Position numbers and translations under genes: made by a program. From Pelomyxa schiedti (taxonomy: Eukaryota > Protista > Evosea), in contig JAHLWZ010000843.1 of NCBI GenBank assembly GCA_020536535.1, forward strand, positions 16,792 to 80,791: a DNA stretch of 64,000 nt. Direction: 5' to 3'. Positions 22,785 through 35,344 of this stretch are shown piece after piece (within the stretch, counting starts at the first letter, position 1; each line of letters begins with the position of its first letter). The notes under the pieces are model-generated. The model ran no database searches and was not told the origin of the DNA. It was given only the letters and a program-made list of their open reading frames with translations.

Positions 22785-25700
22785 CTAGCTGCCTTTCCCA
22801 CATAGGCTACGCCATTGGTCCATAACAGCACTTGGTGGTGAAGGTGTCCTGGTGGCCAACACCTGCATTCCAACGTCATAGTCCAGGTCTGTGAGAGTTC
22901 CAGGTGCAATGTCAGAACTGGTACTTAACTGAACTAGGTGCACAAATGCATCTTGCAGCTGATGAAATGGGTTTTTTGTTTGTGTTAGTTAGTTAGGGGT
23001 TGGAGGAGTTAATGGGTACTTGTTGCAAGAGGGTCTGTTTGTATTGATATATTTGGAAGTTGAAAGCCTCTTGCTCTGTGGAAATGGGTGCTGTTTCAGC
23101 TGCTAATTGACCATGCACCGCCTTTAGAACTGTCTCAAAGGACCCTCCATACAATTCTCTTCTTTGAGGGGATGCCAACGCCGTAACTGCACTTATTCTA
23201 GAAAAGTTAAAACAAAAAAAAAGCCTATCTGAGGTACTTGGTCTTGAGGTTTGGATTGCTCGACATTGCATGGACAAGACCATGATAAACAAGGTCAAGG
23301 CTGTTTTCAACACAGTTTGCAGCAAGTAGGGTTCCCTATAATAGAATACAGTTGGCAAAGAACCAAGCAAAAAGCACCTACCAGAACGTAAGAAGCATTC
23401 CACTGAACTTTTGGGAATGGTGAGCTATATACCGCACTAACAAGGGTTGTAAGTGCCCTTGAGCGGAGAGAATCGGGATTGCTGGTTAAGAGTTAAAGCA
23501 GGTGGAAAAACCTTTCAAGCAATACCTGTCACTCCCAAGAATTGTGGTAGGGAAAAACCGCAAAAGACTGCCAATCCCACGAATAGCACTTGATTGTACC
23601 TTGGTTGTTTGTTAGCTTCTTGGTTGAAAAAGGGGCTCTAAACCTTTTCGTGATCAGAGCCTGCAGAAACAAGGCAAGACAGAACTGCCACTAAATCATT
23701 TCTGAGCTGTAAGGACGATAGTGTAGATGGTAACTCATGACTGTTTTTCACTACTATAGCAGAGAGATTTGCCAGAGCCCAACACGCTTTGGTGCGTGTT
23801 ACAAGAGGTGACTTAGGTTGTAGGGCAGGAATCAGGAAAGAAATACACGTGTGAACAAAGGACTCGTCCTGAATTAGGTGACTTTTGGTTAGAAGTACAG
23901 TTGTCTCATACAAAAATAAGGAACTCCCAGCAACTGCCAACTGTTTTACAAAGATTTGTTTTCACGGAAGCATTTGAGTCTCTTGAAAGCACCAGGCACA
24001 TATCTTTGAATACTTGTTGAGCACTGTTCTGTATTAAAATGATTAAGTGGAGAAGGAGATAGTCAAGTACTGATAGAGTAAAATATCCTGGGGAGGTGAT
24101 GTGCCCTAAACAGGAGATAGAAGTCGATCGCACAACTGGTAATGCATCCATAAAGCAGGCAGTGAAAACGGTGGATGAAAGCCAATACTGAAGGATCTGT
24201 GTTTGGACACCAGGACTGCTTGTCACGAGAGCCGCAGCTTTAAAGGATTCCTCAACAGTCTTGACCGCAGTTAATCTTACTCCAGGTTCAAGAGAGTTCA
24301 ATTTCTGTACCACTTGAACGCATATCTCTTCAAAATACCTCCTGTGGGGGAATTAGAAGAGAAATATTAACAGCAGCTACCAGAATGTAGAGAAACTGGC
24401 ATTAGGAAGAGTGCCAATTACTCTCATAGCCTCCACACAAACAGAAGTATCGGGAGAAGATGCAAGATTCAATAAAGAGGGCAGCAGAGCCACTGGCAGA
24501 TTAAGTTCACAAGGAGACAGCAGGCCTTTTTGTAGACCTTAACTTCGAAAAGAATTGGGGGAACAAACTCTTTTGCGTTTCTGTTGGTTTTGTTGAGTCC
24601 TTCCGGGATGTTAATACAGCATGAATACAAGACAATGCAGCTTGTGTGAGCGTAACGGAGTTGCTGTATGTTGGAATATGAGGTTGAATGTAAATAGACA
24701 GGTTACCTACCTGTCTTGTTTAATAGGCACCAAGATGGTAACGAGTTGCTGCAAGAAATTGGAGAGAATTTGATCACCTAGTTTCTCATAGGGTGTACAA
24801 GAAGCTAATGCAGATGCACACTAAGTTGTGTCAAGCAGGGAACAAGGTACTTGACAAGAAAAGAAGTACCTTTAATAAGCTGCAAAGAACTATTGGCTGC
24901 GGTTCATGTGCAAGGATCCAAAACAAAATGGTATGCAGGGAATGTATATTTGCACTAAGGTTCTGGGAAAACGGAGTGAAGGATGCCCTTTGCCTGTAAA
25001 TTTTGTCTCTCCTTAAGAACTGGTAAAATGAAAAATATAATACACACGTATTTACAGGGCTAGTAATGGCAACCATGAATGGCTTCATACTAGTAATAAT
25101 TGTAGAAAGAGCTGATGCCGCGGAAATCCGGACCTTCCCTTGAAACATACGGAAACAAGGGATATGAATAAAAAAATTTATGTTCATTAGATTGAGATAA
25201 GGTCTGAAAGCGTGTAGAAGAGAAGTACCTTTCCACAAGGGTCACAGGCAAGGCTGTGGTACATCCCATTACCTTTATTGCCGGGCAGGGAAAGAGGAAG
25301 GGAACAAGTTGGAAGGAAGGTGGTCCAGTAGGCGTAAAATATATTGGGAGTAGTGGTGGCCACAGCTTCAATGCAACGAAGTGCATTACATCGGATTTCC
25401 CATGCTCCGTACCTAAACCAGTAAGATTTGGCTGGATTCTCATGCGGGGAGTACATATCACATTCACCAAATTCTTCAATGCCAGGATTAGGGTTCCATA
25501 GTTCATCTAATTAAAAGATTACTCTTTCTAAAGGGATTAGGGAACAACTGCAGGAGTCTGTAGCAAGAGTATCAAGTGTTCCTATGAACAGAAGACTCTA
25601 AGAAGCCATTATCAGGGGTGTTACTAAAAGTGTTTTCGAAATTGGAAAAATGAGAATGGACCTTTAATGTTTGCAGCAATACTTGTGCATCACTCCTATG

Positions 25701-26675
25701 AGCTGATTTCAATTCCATAATAATCGTTTTCAATAAAATTAAGAGTGCCGAGAAGGTCTAGAATGCTTAAGAGAAATGGGTGAGACTGGAATACAGACCG
25801 CACAGTGCCAAGGATGGGAAAAAATGGAAGTACTCCAAGAAACAAATTGTTTGAAAGCCATTGGGTAGATAGAGTCCACCAGGAACTTTGATGAAGACGG
25901 TGTTTTAACTACAAGTTCTGGAAGAATTTGCAAAGCATAGACGGACACTGATGTGATATCTTCATTGTGCATGTGGGGCCTGAGGGTTTTAAAAAACACT
26001 GAAACCTAAAGAAGGCATGAATATGGGAATGTGATTAATTGTGGCTTCTACAATGTGGTCTGCCAACTGGCCATCTATTGCATGAACTAGTTTTGTGAGT
26101 GCGGCATAAACTATCTCTGCACATGGGTACTCCTGTACCACATGGTTGATCCAAGGAAAAACGCCAGTTAAGTGAGTAGAATTTAACACAATCTACAGAT
26201 AGGAGTAAGAGGACAAGACTGGCATTTTTCACATACTGGATGGAGTTTGAGGATAGTGTGTAAAAGACTGCACACAGTAATGCACAAAGAAGAATCGCTG
26301 AGGGGCACATGCTCCACAACACCAACAAGAAACCGCGTTATATCCTGCCATAACGTGAATTCAGTACAACGAATTAAGTTGAATACCTCTGCTCCTAGAC
26401 CATTCAAGGGGTACACCGTCTCACTCAAAATAGAAAGTAATCCAGCCACTTCCGCACTTCCATCCCTAAAAAACATTATAAATACACCCTCAAAGGCAAA
26501 ATAAAAAACAAAAAAAAAAAAAAACAAAACAAAACAAAAAAAAAAGCCCTCACTCAATGTGTTGCGCCAATTGATCCACCACAAGTCTCCATTCCCGCAC
26601 GCTGTTGCATCCTTCTGAACACACAACAGATCTGCGTCCTGGTGGCGCGCCTTCTCTGCCTCTGATGGGCCGCAT
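22785..26675 (-). CDS. HEATR6: HEAT repeat-containing protein 6-like
   Basis: KVRISAASAL, ASFTPFSQNLSANIHSLH, KACWALANLS, DHEKV, NF.VRISAVTALASPQRRELYG, typical of HEATR6/DUF4042 proteins; many short introns. Confidence 0.75.
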
Positions 26676-26798
26676 CAGAAATGTCAGAAAAGCAAGTTGA
26701 TCCTCACTGAACATCTCTCTTTCGGGGGACACCCGAAATTCATAGTAACAGAAATCCCCCCTACGGCAAGCCAACCGACGTCAAGCGCAGCTTCAACC

Positions 26799-29700
26799 AT
26801 GGACGAGCTGGACATGCTGCTGGCCGAATTGGATGCAACTGCACGCGGCTCGGGAGCGAGGGTGGTGCCCTTCCAGGCCGCCGAGTACGTTGCCGGCGAA
26901 GAAGGGCTCCCGCGCAGCAGGCAAGTTGTCTACGAATCCGCCCTAAGGAGCTCCCTCGAGTGCGAACCCCTCGCGGTACCCCGGCGCGCCAAGTTGGTGC
27001 ACGAAGGGGCTTGCGCCACTCAGGAGGATCTCGACCAGTGTGCGCAATTGGGCCAGTTGGACGTACCTTGCGACCAGCCTCGTCCTCAGCCTCAGCCTCA
27101 GCCTGAGTCTCAGTCTCTGACCCAGGATGGAGGGGAAGATAAAGAGATTTGCAATTTGGTATTGAGAATCAGGGCCCCATCTGCTGGCGGGGATCACCTG
27201 GAATCAAAAGAACGTGATAGTTCCTCTGGTTTTGATTCTGATCTGGATTCTGATAGCGTGGAATTACCACCAGATGGGGTGGAGGTGAATATCTGTGTGA
27301 GAGGATTTTTGGTTGAGACATCAGTGGTGTCTAGATTCCAAAATTCTACTGACAATGATTATTTGGATGCAGAGTTAGTGTTTCCTCTTCCAGAAGGTTT
27401 GTAAACTCCTTTTCTTTTTCTAAAAAATATCTATGAAATAAATCGAAGAGACCTGAAAATTTTCTCTCTAGGAGCCACTATTTGTGGGTATGGATTTGAT
27501 GTGAATGGAACTTTAGTGGATGCAGTCATTGTTGAGAAAGACAAGGGAAGAACAGTGTATGAACAAGAACTCAGAGAAAATCCTCAGGAAGGGGCTTCAC
27601 TTGTGGAAAACGTAGTGGGTAATGTATTTAGGACGAGGTAAGTGGTTTTACAGCTTGGTGTGATACTAAATTTCTCACAAGGATATCTTCCATTCCTAAG
27701 CACGGGTTTAGAGTTATAAAGGCCGGTTATAGTCCCCTTAATTATCAACTCTGCTCAGTCTTGCCTTATAGGTCGTCTTTGCCTCTGAACTGGAGAGAAT
27801 AGGTCAAAATATGAAATATTGCCTTCCATTAACAGTCTCTGCACTTCTGAGACTCTTTAAGCTTGATGTATGTGCACAATCACATAGTAACACAAAATAA
27901 ACGGAACTATTGAACTTAAGGTAACAGTTGAGTTTGAGAGAGAACTTTATGGATATCCACAACTTAGCAATGAAATGAAAGTTATGTCGGCCCCAGCAAC
28001 TTTTTCTGCTTCACAAATAGGTGCGACAAAGGAGCCAACAAAAATACTCAAATAATGTTAAAGGGAACCTTTCTTCTTATGCACTCCATGTTGTAAGGCA
28101 GTCTGTTATCCCATCTGGGATATCTTTTACGTTACCTATTAGTGCAGTCCCTCTTCCATCAATTCTTTTAGAAACTGATGAGAAACTCTCCTATTTTTGT
28201 ATCAGAGATAAAGGAATCCCTTCCAATCGTGCACATTCCAAAGTAGCTTCATTTCACTTGGCCACACTAAGCTATGTTCACAGACAAAACGAATAGGCGT
28301 ATTTTGGGACACTTCTGCAAGTGCAAAAAATTCTGCAGCAACGGACAAGTGAGAAAGCAATTTTTTTTGTCCCTTTCTCTACAGGTGTGCCAACACGTTC
28401 TTTAGTTTCTGTGAGGTAGTGTATAGAATCTGTGTCCAATTCGAACCTGAAGAAATAGCACTGTATTACTTTGCTTCATCTATTTCAGAAGTTAAAATAT
28501 TCACAGTGTGCTTCTTTTCAAAAAAAAAAAAAAATGGCCAAATCACCCACAGGCACCAATGCCACTGATAGTAGAACTTCAATATGCGGAATATACAGGC
28601 GGAACCAATTTGAGTTGTTTGTCATCAATTAAGGAGAGACTGTGTGATTTCTATCTGCTTTTCTCTGATGGCCTCTGTACATGGGGAGATCCTGTATTAA
28701 ATTTAGTAACCTACCTCTCTTTGATGCAAGATTAGAACCCCACAGTGAAACTTCCCAAGCCAGTACATACCTTTTGTAATGGAGATGGCCCAACAAATTT
28801 CCCTCTTCTAAAACTCATTGCCAAAACTACTGGTGGAACATTCTTTAATCTGAAAACGACTCCCACCCAGTAATGTTTTCATACATTGGTCCTTTAGGCT
28901 TACTCCCTCTTCCAAGGTCTATAGTTGATTCCCTTTCTCACGAGCCTCTGATGGTTCTCAGCTGGTCACTCCAAATTGGCAGGGTGAAAGTTGAAACCAA
29001 CAGGGATATCTATCCATTATGCCCATTTCCCATTTACGGCATGTTTGAGATACATGGAAAACTGGCAGATCATTCCTGCCCAAGTTAGCTTTGTTATTTA
29101 TGATGACTATGACTGACATTTTATTTAGCCACACTGGTTTTAAAGTTGGGCCATCTAACCAGTGGCCCCATAATTCAAAGAGAATATCGATTAGTACCGT
29201 CTCCAACATATTCTGGACTAAGTACCATGTAATCCATCATATAATGGAACTAAAGTGAATTAAGTTGCACGGCAATGGGCTATTAAAAAAGTTGATAGTT
29301 TACTTCTGGAATCACACAGTTCTCCAGTGCGCGACTTAGTACTGTCTTTGGGAAGGCAATACCAGTTAGTATACATTTATAAATTACGGCTGCGTAATCA
29401 TACAACTCAGTTTTGTTACACCAAACTCTTCCCTCCTTGTACTGAGTACCTTAGACCAAGTACCTTAATCATTTTCTTTTTCATCGATACCAAACAATGA
29501 CTAGTTCTTGAAACACCAAGTTGAGCCACCCCCTTGTCTCCCTGAAGTTTTACAGCAGTACTTGCTGAAGATTGACGGAAGAAAAGTACCATTTTCCACA
29601 TTAATTATGGCAGTAACTATAGGATTAGAGATTGGACCAGAAAAAACGTGAACAGAAGGCCGTATACATGAAGTCTTTATGGCACCAACAATGCTCACTA

Positions 29701-32700
29701 AGATCCAAACACTACGATGGTACCAAAGAGGTTATTTCTTTCTTTTTCAGCCAAAAATAACACTAGTAGCAACCTCTCTTATGCCATTTTGCTGATCTGA
29801 CGAAGCACGTGGATGTTTGGGGAGATCCAACTGTGGACTTCATTCCAGTTTCTCTTTCCCTCGAAATAGTTTCCTTATCCTTAAAATTTAAAGGAACCCA
29901 TTGTGGAAGAAGCGGAAATAATTCCTGAAGTTGAAATCAAAACTTGTATCGAAAAGTGCAGTGATTTTAAGGAATTTGTATTGTCCAGATATATGAGCCA
30001 ATTTCCAGAGATGCAACCCAACTCTAGTCAGGTCTGCAAACTGCTGAATGATCTTTATGAAGGTAATCACATACCTTTTTTTTTCCCTTCTAATGCAAGA
30101 AGGGAGGTTAAATCCATCTCTGGAAGAGCAAATGTTGAAAGAACATGGTAGTAACTATGCAGCATGGATAGATTTTTCACACTTCTGGGATCTTTATGTG
30201 TGGTGCAGCGACAATTGCTCCAATAAAGAGGTTCTCTCTCGTGTTGAGCTACTCAAGTATGATTGTAACTGTGCCGATGCTTTGTGCTGCAGAGACTCTT
30301 GCCGCTCCCTTTACCTATCCGAGGCAATGAGTATGCTGTGCCCTCTTCATGAAATCCGCCCAGCTAGAGAGTTTAGTTTTTTGTCCGCAAGACATAGCCG
30401 TGCTGTATTAGGAGTGAAAAAACACATTGTCTGTGCAGCCCTCGACAATGCATGGAACAACAGCCCTCAGAATGTCTTATCAGCACGTTGTGAATGTGAC
30501 CCAAGTCTTGAACAGGAACTATGCAAACCTAGCGATTCACTTACCGTTTTTCTTGAGCCTCCAAGAACTTGCATCACATTTGAGCTTGAAGACATTCGCG
30601 AGGTCACCGTTTCCAAGATTAAGGAGTTGCTTGAAGTTGAAGGGTTCCCAATAAAAGACCAACTTATTTCTTGGAATGGTACCCCCCTTGCAGACAGCAA
30701 GTATCTTCCTCTTCGTTCTTTTTCCCTCTAAAGAGGAAAAGATTTATTTTTGAATACAACTTTTCTCAAGGCTGCCCCCTTCAACTAACAATGAAAAAAT
30801 CCCACATGCCGTTGGCTGTCTTCCAAGATTCCCCTAAAATCCCCCTTTCCTGTGAGAGAGCTCTGTTTTCCATGCTATCCATTCCTCCACCAAGTAATAT
30901 CAAGATTTTTCGGGTTGGAAATGCCCTTATAAAGGTATCACTTCTTTCAGAGACACTCCCCAAGGAAACTTGTCTAAAAACCATTAATTTTCTATCTACA
31001 GAGTTATATACGTGGTGAACATCAAACCCCTTACGAATCACGGTTTTTTGAAGTTCTCTTCCAGGTTAATTGTCTGCCCGCTGCATATAACTGTTTCAAG
31101 TAAATCACTTGCATTAAAGATACCACCAGAATTTCCAGAAAAACCGCCCCTAATGAAGATGTGTACACCTGTAATACACCCTGACATAACACCTAATGGT
31201 GAAATCGGGGGAGACGTTTCCCAACTCTGTTTACATAATTGGAATCCATCTATTACTTGTATATCAGAAAACCTGCTCAAAAATTCTTGCATTAATCAAG
31301 GTGGTAGTTGTAAATATTCTCAGCACTCTCAGTTCGATGCTTTCTCAGGACCTTTCACCTGAGATTAGAGACAAAGCTTATATACACTGTCTAGAATTCG
31401 CCTTGACTGAAATTCCTCAACTTCAAGACATTGCACAATACACAGGAAGTACTGAGTTCTCCTCTTTTAATTAATTAACAGCTTATGACTTCTTCACAGA
31501 CTCGTTCAAGCAACTACGAACAGTAGTATCTTCATCAGAGATCGATCCTGCATTGAAGTCACATTATCGCAGCTCCGAGTCCCGACAAACTGTGGAATAC
31601 ACTTACCAAGTACTTCCTCGTTGGATTTTTTTTCCCGATTCTAAAATTCAAACAGACTTGCCACTCCACTGTCACCGATCCTGTCCAAATTCTACAACTA
31701 GCACTTCTTGTTGAGAGATTTCCCGATTTTGCCGTCAAGTATGATTTCTGTTGGGTAATAATCAACCATTCTCACCTGGTGCAACAAAAACACAGAGTGA
31801 TTAGCAACATCGCGGAACTGGAGCTTGACAATGCCCAGAATATTAGAGTGGCTGCAGCTTTTGCTGAGAAATTAACTCGATTCAAGTACTTTCCCTTATT
31901 TCCGGGGCTTTCCCACTTTTCGGTAAACCTACAATTAGGACTGCAGCTGACCTGTATGAAAGGGTGTTACAATTACGACCTGAAGAACCTCAGTCCTATC
32001 GGGACCTAGCCCTGTGCCTAGTTCAAGTAAACGAATCAGGAGGTACGCCAACTCCTCTCACAGAAATGATTCTAAGCAAGACCAAGAGAATTTGCAACGT
32101 GCATTGACTTTGTTGAACCGGGTTGTGGAAGGAGGTATACCGTGTACAACGAATATGTCCTTCCATTCAAAATGAACAGAATGGGATAGAAGATTTCAGC
32201 AGGTCGAATTAACAGCTGTGAATGTAAACTCCAGTCCCTCTAATTTTTTTTTTACCTGGAAAAATAGGATATGTACTTTATATGGAAGATTGTACAAGAG
32301 CTTGGTCTCTGTTCTGAAGTAAAACTCCCAATTTCCCCTACGTTTCTAGAGTGCAATCTTGATTTGGATATCAGGGTAGTTCTTACATGGTAGAGTTAAT
32401 ATTCCTTCTCTACAGTTTTCTTATGCTTTTTTAAATGCAGGAATAATTCCGCAGACGTGGTATACAACCTAATGCCTTGTATCAGAGTCAACTGACTAAT
32501 AACCAGGATTTGGTTGTTGTTGAACCAACGGGAGAGGAATGTTCTCCATTCCACAATCATACGAAGATAGGAGGTGAGTGAGCAATATTGCTATCAACAA
32601 AGCCAACAAAATAACCAAGGGGTTCTGAGTGAGGATTTCACAGAAGGCTTTGGCCCTGTCGTTTATTCGATATCTGATGCAGTGGAAGGCCAGTACGATT

Positions 32701-32913
32701 TCTATGCTTCAGTTTTTCATCCTGGAACATCATTGTACGTCCGCTCTCCTCTACAACAGCCTTAACATTACTTACAGGAACAAAGAGACTGTGTGTATTT
32801 CACACATCTACACGAATTTTGGCAGGGTGCTGGCCCAGCAATCATCTGTCAATATTGTTATTTTGCCTAATCCCAAGGAGAGGCAACTTTTGGCCTCTGT
32901 GTATGTTGGTTGA
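26799..32913 (+). CDS. VIT, vWA-like, ubiquitin-like, E2-like (no canonical Cys), TPR and DUF2135/YfaP-like protein
   Basis: VIT: [21 protein letters not shown]|[22 protein letters not shown]; vWA-like [21 protein letters not shown]; Ubl [25 protein letters not shown]; E2-like [23 protein letters not shown]; [15 protein letters not shown]; C-terminal [29 protein letters not shown]. Confidence 0.7.
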
Positions 32914-32990
32914 TAAAAATGGTTCAATGTAATTCTGAATAATTTACGTTTTGGCTTTTTTCTTTTATTTCACTGTTTGGTGGTCAATTG

Positions 32991-35150
32991 TTACAACAAC
33001 AGGTCCAATATTGACTGTGTGGAACTTGTTTGCCTTGGGCTTGTGGGTAGTAATGGTGCTGTTGGCACTGTTTGTGAGAGGGAGGTACTGGTTGTGGTCG
33101 AGGTTGAGGTTGTTTTTCTCAGTGGTGAGGAATGCCTGGGTGACAGACTACAGTCCCTTGGGAGGTTGGCCGTGAATTGGAACAAGTCAAATGTGGGAAG
33201 TGCCCGCGGCGATTCGGGGGTTCCTGTGCCAGTACCAGTACCGGGTTTGGCTTTCAGGCCAAATGGGTCAAAGTCCTCCCCAAATCCGCCAGGTTCCGGA
33301 CTTGGTGTTGCAGAGCCTGTAGGGAATGATGTGGGAAATTGTGGCTGTTGTTGTGAGATTGTGGTGTTTGGCTTGGGTGCCACGGAACGGTCCCTCTCTG
33401 AGGAATCTAGCGAAGGGAAAACAGGGTTGAAATCAAAAAAGCTCGTATCAGCTTGGTTTGAAGTGTTGCTTGTGGCGGATGTTGTAATTACTTCCTGTGG
33501 GTTATAGGTTAGCGGCTCAATATTGGCCCCATCAATCATCTGGCTTCTAATTGTTTCCTCTAAGTGGGAATCAGTATTCAGACATTGTGCCCACGCAACC
33601 TTTGATGAATTGGAGCATGGCGTTGCACACTTTGTTAATTTGCTTGGAATCTTTCGTCATGGCACTGAAGGAGGAATCGCACTCCACAGTGAAAATGTCG
33701 GAAGCAAACCCCCATCTCTTTAATGAGGACCATGCGATGGACTTGATTAACGTCTTTTGAAGGAGTGGAGAAAAGTAAGAACGCCATTTTGGGAGCCAAA
33801 TATTGTAGCACACCACTTTCATCAAGTCAATTCTTAGGATGGCTTCCTTCGTTATAGCAAGAAATTCGTGTCGGGGAGGGACCTTGGGTACCATAAGGCA
33901 CACCGAAGGAAGTATGGGTAAAACCTCAACAACGAAAACTGAAGCTCCAAATGAAGGCGTAGACATGGCTTTATTCACATAGGCTATCTTGGTATCCCTC
34001 ATAGAGGGAAAAGATAGCGTTTGATACTCTTTCACAATGTCTGCTACCAGGGCTTTGGCACTATCCTTCCAGCATGGGGTTACACTTGAGCATGCAGCAC
34101 TAAAATAACGAAGGAGTAAGAGAAGGAGGAAGGGAGAGCATGATTACAGGGTTATTTTTTTGAGGAACTCTTTTTGTAGTCGCTTGAATTCTTTGTCACT
34201 ACACCCTTGAAGAGTATGACGGTATGCATCTAGGGTACCATACCGCACAGCAAGATCCAGCGCTGCTATACTTATTGCCTCTGGTTTTGATGGTACCGCA
34301 CGTGCGTCAACAATAACTGCTTCTCTTACCTATTCTATGTTCTGAAAATACTACAACCATTTTAAGTTTACTTGGAAAAAAATCATATCAATATACTGAT
34401 CAGGGTCTGTTGGCTTAAGTTTTGCATAAGATACCCAGAACTTCCTCTTAAGATTAAGGACTTCATCTTCAGGAACATCGACGTCAATCAGGGAGAAGTT
34501 GTTGGGCACCCATTGCCCTATACCAGTAAGAGAGGGAAAATAAAAGTAACGTGGGTACTTTCACAGCACTGGAAGGAATATTCGTCAGTATCGACAACAT
34601 TAAGATAGGAAAGAACTCTTGTCACTGTGTTCTAAAGAAAAATGTTATTCGCTGGTGTGGTGGCAAAATAGTTATGTACTTTTATTGGAACAGTGAGGTC
34701 TATAATCTCTGTAGTTGTATTGCCGTCAACATTTCGCACTTTTTGTTTTCGTTGAGTTCTTAGGTAAAGAATAGGTTTTTCCTGTAAGTCAAGCCTTTAA
34801 TATATTCTTCATTGTCGTAAAGCCAAAACCTAAATTTAGTAAGAAAGCGCATGCATACCTCCTCAAGAGAGCATGACGCCAATGGAGTTTCAGGAGTTAA
34901 AAGCCATCGCGACTTTTGTTCTTCCGTCCCGGCGATATACAACCCAAAGCCTGCTCCATCTCCTCCAAACTAGCAGAAATAAAACCACGGTAAGCAAAAC
35001 AACGGGGATAGATAAACGGCGATCTAGGCGCACCTCCCCTTGTAGTCGGTGCAGGGCGTCCCCTACAGTAGCGGAATCATCCAACGTCAACAACGCCCCC
35101 CTCCTCTCTGTCTTTCTGGGTCCCGCGTCGTAAAACAAAAACGACGGCAT
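32991..35150 (-). CDS. FERM-domain protein (talin-head-like) with S/T/P-rich tail
   Basis: N-terminal Ubl-like LTLDDSATVGDAL; F2/F3 signature YVNKAMSTPSFGASVFVV, LAITKEAILRID, IKSIAWSSLKRW, AMTKDSKQI. Confidence 0.7.
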
Positions 35151-35344
35151 CTACGTCTCGCGTGTCGCACTTCCGGTACCAAGCCCCCCTTGGGGTTAAT
35201 TCTTTTTTCAAAACCTTCGGGTTTCCTCCGAGGCATCTCACGTTTCTAGGAAATACGAAAAATGTGCAAAACGTAAGTTTTTTCAAAGGACAGGCGCAGA
35301 GAACTCTAGCCGATACCACTAGCGATAGCAAAAAAAAACAACAT

